In this document: positions 53,338 through 63,270 of the stretch, one piece after another | How the letters are laid out: every line of letters begins with the position of its first letter | Position numbering within the stretch: the first letter of the stretch is position 1 | Virus record (IMG/VR): IMGVR_UViG_3300038463_000730 | Coordinates: 62,001 to 126,000 of that record | Reading direction: 5' to 3' (one strand) | Length of the DNA: 64,000 nt | Made by a program: the position numbers and the translations under genes | The notes under the pieces: model-generated | What the model was told of the DNA's origin: nothing | Seen by the model: only the letters and a program-made list of their open reading frames with translations | Databases searched by the model: none

Positions 53338-56300
53338 TTACGGCAGTCCGAGAATATTCGCGAGCTGTGTCGAATTGAGCAACAGAACATTGTTGTTGAA
53401 TCCGGCCTTCTTCAGTAGAACGGTCACCTGAACCTTCGTATTCAACGTCTGAAGAATATTGTCTTCCTGAAGATGCGTAAAGTTCAACGTTAAGAGTCCG
53501 GTCGTGTAATCGATGTATACACCGATCGTGTCGTCTACAATGACTCCGGAGTAACCGTCTGTCGAGATTCCGGCCAAGTTTGGATAGAACGATTGCAACG
53601 ATACACTGAACCGGCACTGATTCAATTCCAACCCTGATGGATTACGAATGAATGTTCCGTCAGCGAATCGCATCGCCGGATAACCAAGACGAGTCGTACC
53701 GTTGCCATAGAAATCGGATACACAATCAGTGAAAATGTTGATCGTGTGTTCTTTGGCAAAGTCGATCGGTGGTATCTCAAGAACGATGGTTCCAACCTCG
53801 TAGTCAACTTTGAAGTAGTCACCATTCGGTACTACTAGTTGACCACCAACAACTATGTTTGATGGGGCAAAGAAGTCGTTCCGCCCCGGATCCACCGGAG
53901 TAGTAACCGGATATTGAACGAAGCCGTTCTCCGGTGGCAGAGGCGGAGGAGGAGGCGACGTCAAGTACGAGAACGTAGCCGGAACCGCTTTTGCGTTCGA
54001 TGTGCAGGCTACCAAGCTTGGCTGCCATGTCAACTGTCGAACTACCGTGTACGGGATCGGCGAGGCAACGAAATTGTAGCTTGCCAACGATGAATCATCC
54101 GTCATCAAATCTGGAGTCTGGTGTAAGATCGAATTACGATTTCCAGCTGTGCCGGTGTAGTAATCGTCATAACGTTCGTCATACTCTTCCAATGTCAATT
54201 CGACAATCTGGAATGTTGTCCCGACAATATTGCCAGGCTGACCGATGGAGTAACCATCGGCATAACTACTGATTGCGTTTACGTCTTGCAAATCGATAAT
54301 GAAATTGCTATTCACATCAGCTCGCATGAACGCGCGAATGTAGTTATCATCGACGATTGTTTTTTCGATCGCGATTGTGTGCAGATCAATTACTGATCCA
54401 ATCACGAATGTTCCGCTGTTTGTCGGATTGCTGACATCAGTCAACACAATCGGGTAGCCGGTGATATTCGGAATAGAAGTAAAGTCGAACGCGATGTCGT
54501 TCAATGTTGCGACAGATGCAGTATATCCATCTGTCAGCGCAACAGCAGCCGGTGCCAACATACCAACACCGCTGTATCCGTCAATCGTGAACTGAATAAC
54601 ATTCGAGGTAACGAATGGAGTCGTGTTAACTAGATACTGTTGGTACGTAGGTGAGGATACGAGTGACTGCCCGAGTAACACGGATCCAGCGACCGAGGCG
54701 TCCTCCTGGGTAACCGTTCCGTCGCCATCGACGTCCCCGTAAATCTCGGTGAACAACTGAGCCGAACCGACTCGATAGGTAGGAGAAGATGTTGGTGTCG
54801 TATTGACAGTGAACTTCGCATTTGTAAAGCTGCCGTTCAAAAGCGCTGTCACGAGCGCAACGTTATTGTACCCGTCAAGTGGATTGTTATCTACCTTGAT
54901 CAGTACTTTGTTCTTGTAGATACCGAAGTGGTAAAGCAAGAACGAAGATGGTATCGGATGGCCACCGAGCGTGGCCTGGCTGGAGTTCAATACCTTGACG
55001 TTGAAGTCCTGGATCGTTCCAACAATGAACGGTTCGGTTGTCTCCTGAAGCGCGGTAACGGTCTGGTCGAGCATCAAACTCAACTTCGGCACATACTGCT
55101 GCTTAGAGAACACTGGTTGACCGGTCGTCTGATTGTCCTGCTTGTTCGTCTGACTCAATACAGCTTGCATGACAGCTGTGTATTGCTGTGTAGTCGTGAA
55201 CGGTATGTTCCGTACGATGTTATCGATCGTAGCGCCGGTATTCGGATCGCTCGTTGTCTTTGGCAGAACCATTCCTTGCCCGGCATCGTAACCCTGACCG
55301 TCTGTAATCTTTGCTGCATCGTTGTAGATGCGGTACCACAACGTCTCGCCAGGAATATCTGTCCAACTTGTACCGTTGAACAACGTGTCCCTAGTATTGC
55401 TATTGGTTGGCTGGCCGGTTGGCATGACGAAATCGAACTGTTCACTCGTTGCACCGGAACGTTTCAATGTAAAAGCATAGTACGAACCAACAGTCAATGC
55501 TCCAGAGCCAACCGTCGTATTACTCAATACAAAATCTACCGGCTGTAGATATCCGTCCAATGTGATGCCGGTTGCCTGAAGTGAATTGAAACTGTAGCTA
55601 ATCTGTGCAAGGATGATGTTCGATGGGTCGTAGTCAATTGCAAGCTGAGGAACGATCTGACTTGAGTTCGAAACAGATGATTGCAACTGATAGAGTGTCA
55701 AAACAAGATTGTCATCAAAAGTATTGCTTGTTGACGTTAACTGCGGGGCACCGGGTGCTGGGTTTTGGTTCCAAATACCACCAGCCAACAGCACAGTTAT
55801 TTTCTGAATGTTGTTTGTTGTTGCCTGGAACTTAACTCCAAGCTGTGTCGTTACATCATTTGATAGAAGAGGACGTAGCTGAGTATACCCGGTCGAGATA
55901 TTGAGACTCGTAATATCGTAGCCCTGGCAACAAGCTGATAGCAATACACCGAGAGTAACGTAAGCTGGATCTAGATATAAATCGCGAAAGAATAGATTGG
56001 GCGATTGGTCTTGGGCAACACCAAGAATGTCACGAGAGATCGTGAACGCCGGGGCCTCGTCGATGATCAACGTCCCACCAAGATTAAACGACGTTCCGAC
56101 AATGCCACGCATATCGTTGAACAGAACGGATAGAACGTTGGCAAAATGCTTCGTACTAACCTGGACCTCATTGTTCCTGAAATAGAACGTCTCGTATTGT
56201 AAGTTACCTGCGAAGTCTAACCCGAACACGGCTACCTTGATCGCTCGGCGATCGAATGCCGCAGAGTTGGTCATGTTCAATCGTAACTGGACACCATTAA

Positions 56301-56547
56301 TCAGATCACTCGGCTGTGTTGCCGTGACAATCGGTTTGCCATCCAAGTTACCAACGACACTATCCGTGTTGAGTAGGATGTTGGGCGTGAGAGTGTTGAG
56401 CAGTACACCGGACCCGAAATGGTTGTTGACTACCGCAGTTACGGCTCCATCGTTGTGAGCCTGTTCCACCGTCATATTCTGAGCAGAGACCTGCTGAGAA
56501 TCAAACCATATGTTTTCTAACGTACTTACTGGTTGTCTTTGGGTCAT
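53338..56547 (-). CDS. large virion (baseplate/tail) protein with split dockerin-like Ca-binding repeats
   Basis: WFDSQQVSAQNMTVEQ N-terminus; GDVDGDGTVTQEDA and ADVNSNFIIDLQDV; follows the baseplate genes. Confidence 0.7.
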   Translation of the reverse strand: MTQRQPVSTLENIWFDSQQVSAQNMTVEQAHNDGAVTAVVNNHFGSGVLLNTLTPNILLNTDSVVGNLDGKPIVTATQPSDLINGVQLRLNMTNSAAFDRRAIKVAVFGLDFAGNLQYETFYFRNNEVQVSTKHFANVLSVLFNDMRGIVGTSFNLGGTLIIDEAPAFTISRDILGVAQDQSPNLFFRDLYLDPAYVTLGVLLSACCQGYDITSLNISTGYTQLRPLLSNDVTTQLGVKFQATTNNIQKITVLLAGGIWNQNPAPGAPQLTSTSNTFDDNLVLTLYQLQSSVSNSSQIVPQLAIDYDPSNIILAQISYSFNSLQATGITLDGYLQPVDFVLSNTTVGSGALTVGSYYAFTLKRSGATSEQFDFVMPTGQPTNSNTRDTLFNGTSWTDIPGETLWYRIYNDAAKITDGQGYDAGQGMVLPKTTSDPNTGATIDNIVRNIPFTTTQQYTAVMQAVLSQTNKQDNQTTGQPVFSKQQYVPKLSLMLDQTVTALQETTEPFIVGTIQDFNVKVLNSSQATLGGHPIPSSFLLYHFGIYKNKVLIKVDNNPLDGYNNVALVTALLNGSFTNAKFTVNTTPTSSPTYRVGSAQLFTEIYGDVDGDGTVTQEDASVAGSVLLGQSLVSSPTYQQYLVNTTPFVTSNVIQFTIDGYSGVGMLAPAAVALTDGYTASVATLNDIAFDFTSIPNITGYPIVLTDVSNPTNSGTFVIGSVIDLHTIAIEKTIVDDNYIRAFMRADVNSNFIIDLQDVNAISSYADGYSIGQPGNIVGTTFQIVELTLEEYDERYDDYYTGTAGNRNSILHQTPDLMTDDSSLASYNFVASPIPYTVVRQLTWQPSLVACTSNAKAVPATFSYLTSPPPPPLPPENGFVQYPVTTPVDPGRNDFFAPSNIVVGGQLVVPNGDYFKVDYEVGTIVLEIPPIDFAKEHTINIFTDCVSDFYGNGTTRLGYPAMRFADGTFIRNPSGLELNQCRFSVSLQSFYPNLAGISTDGYSGVIVDDTIGVYIDYTTGLLTLNFTHLQEDNILQTLNTKVQVTVLLKKAGFNNNVLLLNSTQLANILGLP

Positions 56548-56550
56548 TGT

Positions 56551-59500
56551 TTAGGGTTCCTCATATGTAATCGTAGCTCGCGAAACGGCTGGCTTTAGGG
56601 TATTTATCAGTGTTTCTAGAACAGATTGCACATCTTTGCTTCCACTAACAATGCCAAATGAATCAATGATATTGATCGAAAAATCGAAGATGCCGAAATT
56701 CTCGTTTTTGAGCAAAGCGTAGTTTGTATTTAGCTTCTGCACGGTATTGAAATCCAGCAAATAGGTCGTATAAAGGTCCGTTGTGACCGGGAATGTCGCG
56801 GCAACGTTCGCGTTATAGTTGACATCAATCGGTACGCCGAACGCTATGAATGGCTGTCTCATGATATCGCTAATGCGTAAATTATCGATTAAACAGTTAC
56901 CAATATTCTTCCCATTATAGTCTGATCCAATATTGAACTGGTTTACTTGATCAGTTGTTTTGATCGATGTAAAGATGGCGCTCTGGCCAACGAAAGACTG
57001 GCCAAAAACGATATTCTGACCGAATAGCAATCCCTGACCGTACAACACGTTTCCATGCTCAAACCCATCTACAAAGAGGTGGATCTGGTCATTCGTGCCG
57101 CCTGAGTTGACGGTCCAAGTTGCCTTGACGCGGTGCCATGTTCCGGCTTGCCAGAAAATAGGAGTCCTGACCTGATAGTCATTGCCAGCTCCACGAATAT
57201 CGAACGTCAAATACCCGTACGGGTCCTTGTAGATGCTGAGTCGATCGCCTTTCAATCCGTTCGGAATGTAAGTTACGATCACAGGAGTCTGCTCATTTGG
57301 CAGCGGGTCGGACAGATTGATTGTCTGCAAGTCAGAACTGACCGAACCTTGTCCACCGTAGTAGTTGTAGCTCTGATTTCCGTACTGAAGAGTGACCGAC
57401 ACAACCGTTCCGATCAATCCGGCAACCTGCACGGTCGCACGGTTCGTGCTGCTAACCTGTTCCGTTATGATACCTGAGGCATCGAAATAGAATCGGTAGA
57501 CTGGGTCGTTGTATGTATCGATGAACGGATTGGCCCAGAACTCGATCGAGCCTGGAGTTCTGGTGTTCAGAAGGCCGAGGTTGTCCACGGTCATCGGTTG
57601 TTTATCCAAGATCACGCTCTGACCGAAATTCGGATTCACACTGGAACCATACTGAAGCAACGAACGATCTGCGTTGATGTAGAACGGAGCCGAGTTGGCA
57701 GCCGTGGCATCATTCATTGTCAACAACGTGAGTGTGTTTTTCGAAATCGGCGGAGGATTGATCGAGTTGAACAGTTGGGTGACCGAGCCAGTCATCGGGT
57801 TGACCGCTTCACCGACACGGGTATCGGACAACATGATCGAATCGATCCGTACCTGGTCAACAATCGCATTGATCTGGTGGCTTCCAGACAAGTCCGAACC
57901 AATATAGGTTGACTTCATCAACGGATCGAACTTTGCAGCAAGATACGTTGCATAGGTGAACTGATACGTTCCCTGTGTCAACAGGTACGGTTGTCCAGGT
58001 GTTGGTGCGTTTTCGAAGAAGAACGTTCCGTTCTGAAGTCCGTTTCGAACAGTGGTTGTGTTGAGGATTTCGTATGGAATAGCGTTTGGGTATGCCGGTG
58101 GACTAGCCTTTGTTCCAAGGAATGTTGCTGGGAATGGCGTAGCAACGGTCAAGTTGTTATTGTCCTGCACAGATACAATTTTGTAGTATCCAGCGGCAGC
58201 ACCAGCATTCATCCCTGGAAAAATGTGAATGTAATTTCCAACATCAATCGGAGTAAACAATGCATTAGTATCAGTAAAGGTTGTCTGCCCGATCGTTCCT
58301 TCTGGAGTATTGCCCCAGAAGACCTGGTAGCTGTATTGGATGACAGGATAGTTTGGGCTCGATTCCGACACGGTCAAGTAATCTGTTTCGAACACAGTCA
58401 ACACGAATGCATTCTGATTCAGGTTGATCGGATTGTACTCGGCTGTGATCGAACTGACGCAGAGGAACATCGTTCCGGTATCGAGTGTCTCTTCACCAGT
58501 GAAGGTGAGTGGCACGGATTCATAACCCGTCGATGTTAATCCATCGATCGTAACGGTTACAGGGAATGTGACATTCGTTCCAGCCAGCCGTACTGATAGT
58601 TTCCGGCCCGGATCTCCACGTCCAACGTTCGAACAGCTTGTGTACCCATCGAAGTTTGTTGCGGTCCACAAATAGTAACCGTCATTAACCGACTGCGATG
58701 GATAGACTGCGGTCTCGGTCATGAGAAACTTCGTAATCTTGACATCCGACAAACTCACCGGAGGTGGCAACACGGTCTGCAAGAAATTCTGACAGTTGCC
58801 CCAAGCGTAGTAACGCTGGGTCACGTATTTGAAGTTCAATCCGAGCGGCTTGATCAGTAATGTATCTCCGGCCTCGGCGCCATTCGATAGAATAATCTGG
58901 TTGTAGCCATCACTTTCCGTAATCTCGTAATACGGAAACAATGCGCGGGGTCCAGGGATCTCCGTTTCAACTCCAGAGCGCAGAACCGTAACAGCAATGT
59001 TTTTGTAAAGATCAATTCTGGTCTTTACATCAATCGTGAGCTGGTTCACAGAGTAGTTTACCGATGTCAAACTCAATGGCATCGAGGCACTCAAAGTCAG
59101 TTGGTTACCATTTACGTTAGTAATGGTGTAGTATGTATCGAAGCCAATCTCCTGAATGTACAGTTTATCATTGACCTCAATTCCAGCGGCATCGAAGCTC
59201 TGTCCTGCCGTTACGATGGCCGAGCCAGCAATCGTGACCATGTCATCGCCTGCTGTGATGGGGCGCGTAATGACTGAGACAATTTCCTCCGGGTTCGGCG
59301 TGCGGAACCGCTGTCCGAAATTGATCGGAATCTTCGTTCCATAACGAATGAGATTCGGAACCTCCAACCCGTCGATAAACAGGTGGATCTCGTCCTGGCT
59401 TGACTGAGAGTTCAAGGTCCACGATGTTGCAACGAAGTGAGGTTGGTTCGATATCCAATTGCTTACGTCCGCGCTGACCTGGTATTGAGCCCGATTGTTA

Positions 59501-62500
59501 TCGATGACGCGGAAGTTGAGGTACCCTGCCGGGTCCTTGTAAATCGAGATTCGGTTACGATCCGGGACATCTCCCACATCGAGCAAGTAGTGGAAGTAGT
59601 CAGCAACGAAACAAAATCCCTGATGAACCGATGTATCGTTGAACACGGCTCGGTTACCAGCGCTGGTAATAGAAGCGTACCCATCACTCGGGTACATATA
59701 CTTCGCATCAAACAACTCACCATCGGTTGTCATCGTGATAGAGTACGCAAGATCGGTATCGTTGACCACGTCAACGTACCAGCGATTATAGCTACCGTAG
59801 CCATCAGGGCACAGGTAGATGAACACGCCTTCTTTATGTTTGTTCGGTTTACCAAGTGGCGAAATTGGTCCACGTTTCGAAACAGTGAAGAACTGATTTC
59901 CAAGTGTATCTGTCTTGTAAACAGGGTGAACTTCGCCCGCACCAATAAAGACCCGGCTCTCGTTGACGAATGCCCCGTTTGCACGAATGATGAATGTCAG
60001 TTCTGAATCATTGTCGATTCCGTTCCATTGAGGAAGAATCCACGATGAGAACGTTCCTTCATCGATACTGATACGCGAACATGTTGGAACGACGACGTTC
60101 TGTCCCGGCCCCTGCAAGAGCAGTCCGTTGTCGTACTTGGCAGGCAACACTTGCGGGTTGTTGTTGACCTGTGGAGGCTCGGGATACAGGAATGCGCTAC
60201 CGAGTGACCATAGCTCGAAGATGCTTTCTTCAATCTGTGGCGGCACCTGTGTGATGGTCTGAACCATGTTAGTCATCGCACCGATCGTCGGTCCCTTCGG
60301 GAGCGACCCCATCGCCGCAATTAAACAGTTACGATAGTTCTCGCGGTCAAACGTATCATCGAATACGCTGAGCAATGGAATGTTGATCAGGGTTCCGAAG
60401 TTCTTCAGCAACGCATCACGCAATGCTCCAACCTTGTACGTAACGTAGTATTGGTCGCCTGCCGATATCGAAGCTGAGTTACGGAAGTCTAGATAGTTGT
60501 CTCCGTACTCGTAGTCAACGATGATCTGATCTGCCAGGTAAGTGTAGTCGAGGTAGTAACCGCCCTTGTCGTAGTCCAGCACGACACGGGAACCTGATGT
60601 AATTGTTGCCGTTACGGTCACGATCACGTTGTCACCGTTCTGCGGAGAACCGGTTCCGGCCAGTGTCAACACAATCGGATTGCCAATAGCATACGAACTG
60701 TAACCTAGTACAGCGTTGTCAGATAGCCTGGTCAACGTGAACGTCAACGAGATGTTCGGAGACAAGTAAGTCAGATCGAACCCAGTGTTCAAGAAGTATT
60801 GGCTACCTACCTTGTTGACCACTTGCAAACTCGATACAACCAACGGGCTCATATTGACCGAGTGATCAAGGAACGTTGTTGCCGAAGCGAAATTGATCGG
60901 GCTAGGATTAAACAGAAGGTCGTTGAACTCGAAGGCTGAGCGCATAGCTCCGACCGAGCTGGAGATACCTGGAGTAAACACGGCGTTCATGAAGACACCG
61001 ACTGCTCCACCGACCAAGAAGTATGGGAAAAGCGGATTGTTGTTCAGAATCTTCTCGTCTGACAAGTCGAACGTCGATGGAAGAATCGAACCATCGGTAA
61101 AGCTTGTATACGTAAAGGTCTCGTTCGCCGGTTGAGACATACTGATCTTGTAATAGATATTGAGTGGCGCGATAACATGTGGGAACTGTGGAATTATCTC
61201 TGGCCCACGGTACGAAACAGTCCCTATATCTTGGCTCTGGTCCGTGGTAACGGCGACATAAATAACACCGTCAACATAATCAACCATGTACTGGCCAACA
61301 GCTGTCAATCGAACAAGATTGTTTACCTGTGTATCATCCGCATCGAAATAGACTTCGCGCTGGAAGACCGATGACATCGATGGAACCAAACTCGTGTTGA
61401 CAGATGACCCGATACAGTCTTCCGTAGCCGAAATGATATTGTTGTTTTGCAGATCGATCTGGAAAATAGTCTGACCGTTGTTTATCGTTTGATTGATAAA
61501 CAGTGTTTCATTTAGGATTTGCTGAAACGCGGCGCGTTCTTCAGTCTGGGTCGGAATATCGGGTGGTGAAGGGAAGGTGAAGAAGACGAGGTCATTCTCC
61601 CAGCGAGTAACGGTGTAGGCCTGGCCCTGTGTTTCGTTGAAGATACGGAACACATCCGTGACCGGGCTATTCTGGACACGCAATGCATTCAAGTTTGGAA
61701 TAATCTGGTTGTTGATATTCTCAGCCAACACCTCAACGTGAACGTCAGCAACGTAGTCAATGTTCGGCACGAACACATCTTCAAAAGCAAATGCGATGTT
61801 CGCGCCCGTTCCGATCAACTGACTTGTTGGGAGCGCTACCAAATCAGCCGTATCGGTCGCGTAGACGTAATCGATAAGAGGTTGGAACGTATAGAGATAG
61901 TTGTACGTGGCTAACGGAGGGAAGGGACCGGTGCCATTGTTTGAACGGTCTGCACCATAGACGTAAACTGTTCCAGTGGTGTAATCGACCGAGTACTCTC
62001 CTGGATTGGAAGGAAGTTCTTGAAACGAAAACTGTAGTTCGGTCTTGAACGCCGGGTGAACGGCCGAGAGCGCCGGATTGGCATTTGGATCAAGGAACTG
62101 AACGCCTTTCAATGTCAGCGCATTTCCATTCTGATCAACAATTGGAGAATTTTTGAGGTTGAAAATGTTCTCGATCGATGGAACGACTTCTCGTACCGAT
62201 GGAATCACTTTCGTTACCGTTACAGAGACCGGGTTGACGTTTCTCCCTAGATTCTTGTACTCATAGTTCGCTACGATGTACGCAATGTTCGTAATGCTAA
62301 AGTTCGCATCTGTCAAAACGATATCGTTCAAACGAAACTGATTGCTGGCTAACGTTGCATACGGCGACGCATCCTGCGTATCGTATCTGGCATCAAGAAC
62401 TTGGTATCCCAAACCAGCTAGGTTGTACTGGTAGAACGTGCTACCATTTGGCAGAAGCCCATTGTAGAAGAACGTCAAACTTGTCAGTACAATTACGTTC

Positions 62501-63246
62501 GGGTTTTGAACGGTCAAAATCAAATCATTGGTATTGAATGTACCGACCTGATCGGTTGACCCGGCTTCAAGTCGTTCATCAACAATGCTGATCTGTCGTA
62601 ACGAAACAAGTGACGTATCGAAATCGGAAATGGTTATCGCGTTGTTTGCCGTGTACCCGGTTGGGTTTGGCGCGACACGGAGAACTTCGTACGTTCCTTC
62701 TTGACCAAGGCGATCGTACGGGCCTGTTCCACGAGTATGAACCTCATCCACGATGCTCTTCGTCAGGTAGTTCTCGTTCCCCATCTGGAGAATTGAGTAG
62801 TAGGCCTGAGACAAAAAGAACGCGGCAGTCTGGAGGTAGTTGTAGATGACCGACCCAGGCTCTAGGTTGTAGATGTTGTTTCTTAGATAGTTCGTAAAAT
62901 TGGTGAAGACCGGGTTGGCAGGATCATCCGGGCCCAGTACGAGAGTCGAGTTGTTACGCCCGTCCTCGATGAGGAACTGGGTCGCATTGATATCAGAGAA
63001 TCGAGTTGTGGATGTCGAGACGAACGTTACCGTGTACACACCAAGAGGCGTGAGCGGCTGGACCGTAAGCGTCAGTGTCGGACCACTGATACTTGCGAAA
63101 AGTACCGTAGGTACCGGCACAGTTGTTGACTGTGGCGCAATCTGAATGTTTGCAATACCGATCTCTGGATTGAGGTCAGCTGAAAACTTGCACACAATTT
63201 GTGTGCTCGATGGCGTCGTAAGCTGAATGAGCCTTAGATTTCCCAT
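56551..63246 (-). CDS. giant baseplate-wedge-like virion protein with LamG-type domains (2231 aa)
   Basis: Central ALLKNFGTLI...DRENYRNCLIAAMGSLPKGPT (tail-protein-I-like); two GT/SxxxWxxP...HxVxxTW...IHLFxDG...IDxxRI LamG-like units; ends LKPAVSRATITY. Confidence 0.7.
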   Translation of the reverse strand: MGNLRLIQLTTPSSTQIVCKFSADLNPEIGIANIQIAPQSTTVPVPTVLFASISGPTLTLTVQPLTPLGVYTVTFVSTSTTRFSDINATQFLIEDGRNNSTLVLGPDDPANPVFTNFTNYLRNNIYNLEPGSVIYNYLQTAAFFLSQAYYSILQMGNENYLTKSIVDEVHTRGTGPYDRLGQEGTYEVLRVAPNPTGYTANNAITISDFDTSLVSLRQISIVDERLEAGSTDQVGTFNTNDLILTVQNPNVIVLTSLTFFYNGLLPNGSTFYQYNLAGLGYQVLDARYDTQDASPYATLASNQFRLNDIVLTDANFSITNIAYIVANYEYKNLGRNVNPVSVTVTKVIPSVREVVPSIENIFNLKNSPIVDQNGNALTLKGVQFLDPNANPALSAVHPAFKTELQFSFQELPSNPGEYSVDYTTGTVYVYGADRSNNGTGPFPPLATYNYLYTFQPLIDYVYATDTADLVALPTSQLIGTGANIAFAFEDVFVPNIDYVADVHVEVLAENINNQIIPNLNALRVQNSPVTDVFRIFNETQGQAYTVTRWENDLVFFTFPSPPDIPTQTEERAAFQQILNETLFINQTINNGQTIFQIDLQNNNIISATEDCIGSSVNTSLVPSMSSVFQREVYFDADDTQVNNLVRLTAVGQYMVDYVDGVIYVAVTTDQSQDIGTVSYRGPEIIPQFPHVIAPLNIYYKISMSQPANETFTYTSFTDGSILPSTFDLSDEKILNNNPLFPYFLVGGAVGVFMNAVFTPGISSSVGAMRSAFEFNDLLFNPSPINFASATTFLDHSVNMSPLVVSSLQVVNKVGSQYFLNTGFDLTYLSPNISLTFTLTRLSDNAVLGYSSYAIGNPIVLTLAGTGSPQNGDNVIVTVTATITSGSRVVLDYDKGGYYLDYTYLADQIIVDYEYGDNYLDFRNSASISAGDQYYVTYKVGALRDALLKNFGTLINIPLLSVFDDTFDRENYRNCLIAAMGSLPKGPTIGAMTNMVQTITQVPPQIEESIFELWSLGSAFLYPEPPQVNNNPQVLPAKYDNGLLLQGPGQNVVVPTCSRISIDEGTFSSWILPQWNGIDNDSELTFIIRANGAFVNESRVFIGAGEVHPVYKTDTLGNQFFTVSKRGPISPLGKPNKHKEGVFIYLCPDGYGSYNRWYVDVVNDTDLAYSITMTTDGELFDAKYMYPSDGYASITSAGNRAVFNDTSVHQGFCFVADYFHYLLDVGDVPDRNRISIYKDPAGYLNFRVIDNNRAQYQVSADVSNWISNQPHFVATSWTLNSQSSQDEIHLFIDGLEVPNLIRYGTKIPINFGQRFRTPNPEEIVSVITRPITAGDDMVTIAGSAIVTAGQSFDAAGIEVNDKLYIQEIGFDTYYTITNVNGNQLTLSASMPLSLTSVNYSVNQLTIDVKTRIDLYKNIAVTVLRSGVETEIPGPRALFPYYEITESDGYNQIILSNGAEAGDTLLIKPLGLNFKYVTQRYYAWGNCQNFLQTVLPPPVSLSDVKITKFLMTETAVYPSQSVNDGYYLWTATNFDGYTSCSNVGRGDPGRKLSVRLAGTNVTFPVTVTIDGLTSTGYESVPLTFTGEETLDTGTMFLCVSSITAEYNPINLNQNAFVLTVFETDYLTVSESSPNYPVIQYSYQVFWGNTPEGTIGQTTFTDTNALFTPIDVGNYIHIFPGMNAGAAAGYYKIVSVQDNNNLTVATPFPATFLGTKASPPAYPNAIPYEILNTTTVRNGLQNGTFFFENAPTPGQPYLLTQGTYQFTYATYLAAKFDPLMKSTYIGSDLSGSHQINAIVDQVRIDSIMLSDTRVGEAVNPMTGSVTQLFNSINPPPISKNTLTLLTMNDATAANSAPFYINADRSLLQYGSSVNPNFGQSVILDKQPMTVDNLGLLNTRTPGSIEFWANPFIDTYNDPVYRFYFDASGIITEQVSSTNRATVQVAGLIGTVVSVTLQYGNQSYNYYGGQGSVSSDLQTINLSDPLPNEQTPVIVTYIPNGLKGDRLSIYKDPYGYLTFDIRGAGNDYQVRTPIFWQAGTWHRVKATWTVNSGGTNDQIHLFVDGFEHGNVLYGQGLLFGQNIVFGQSFVGQSAIFTSIKTTDQVNQFNIGSDYNGKNIGNCLIDNLRISDIMRQPFIAFGVPIDVNYNANVAATFPVTTDLYTTYLLDFNTVQKLNTNYALLKNENFGIFDFSINIIDSFGIVSGSKDVQSVLETLINTLKPAVSRATITYEEP

Positions 63247-63270
63247 ACAATGATATCCTAATAACCACGA

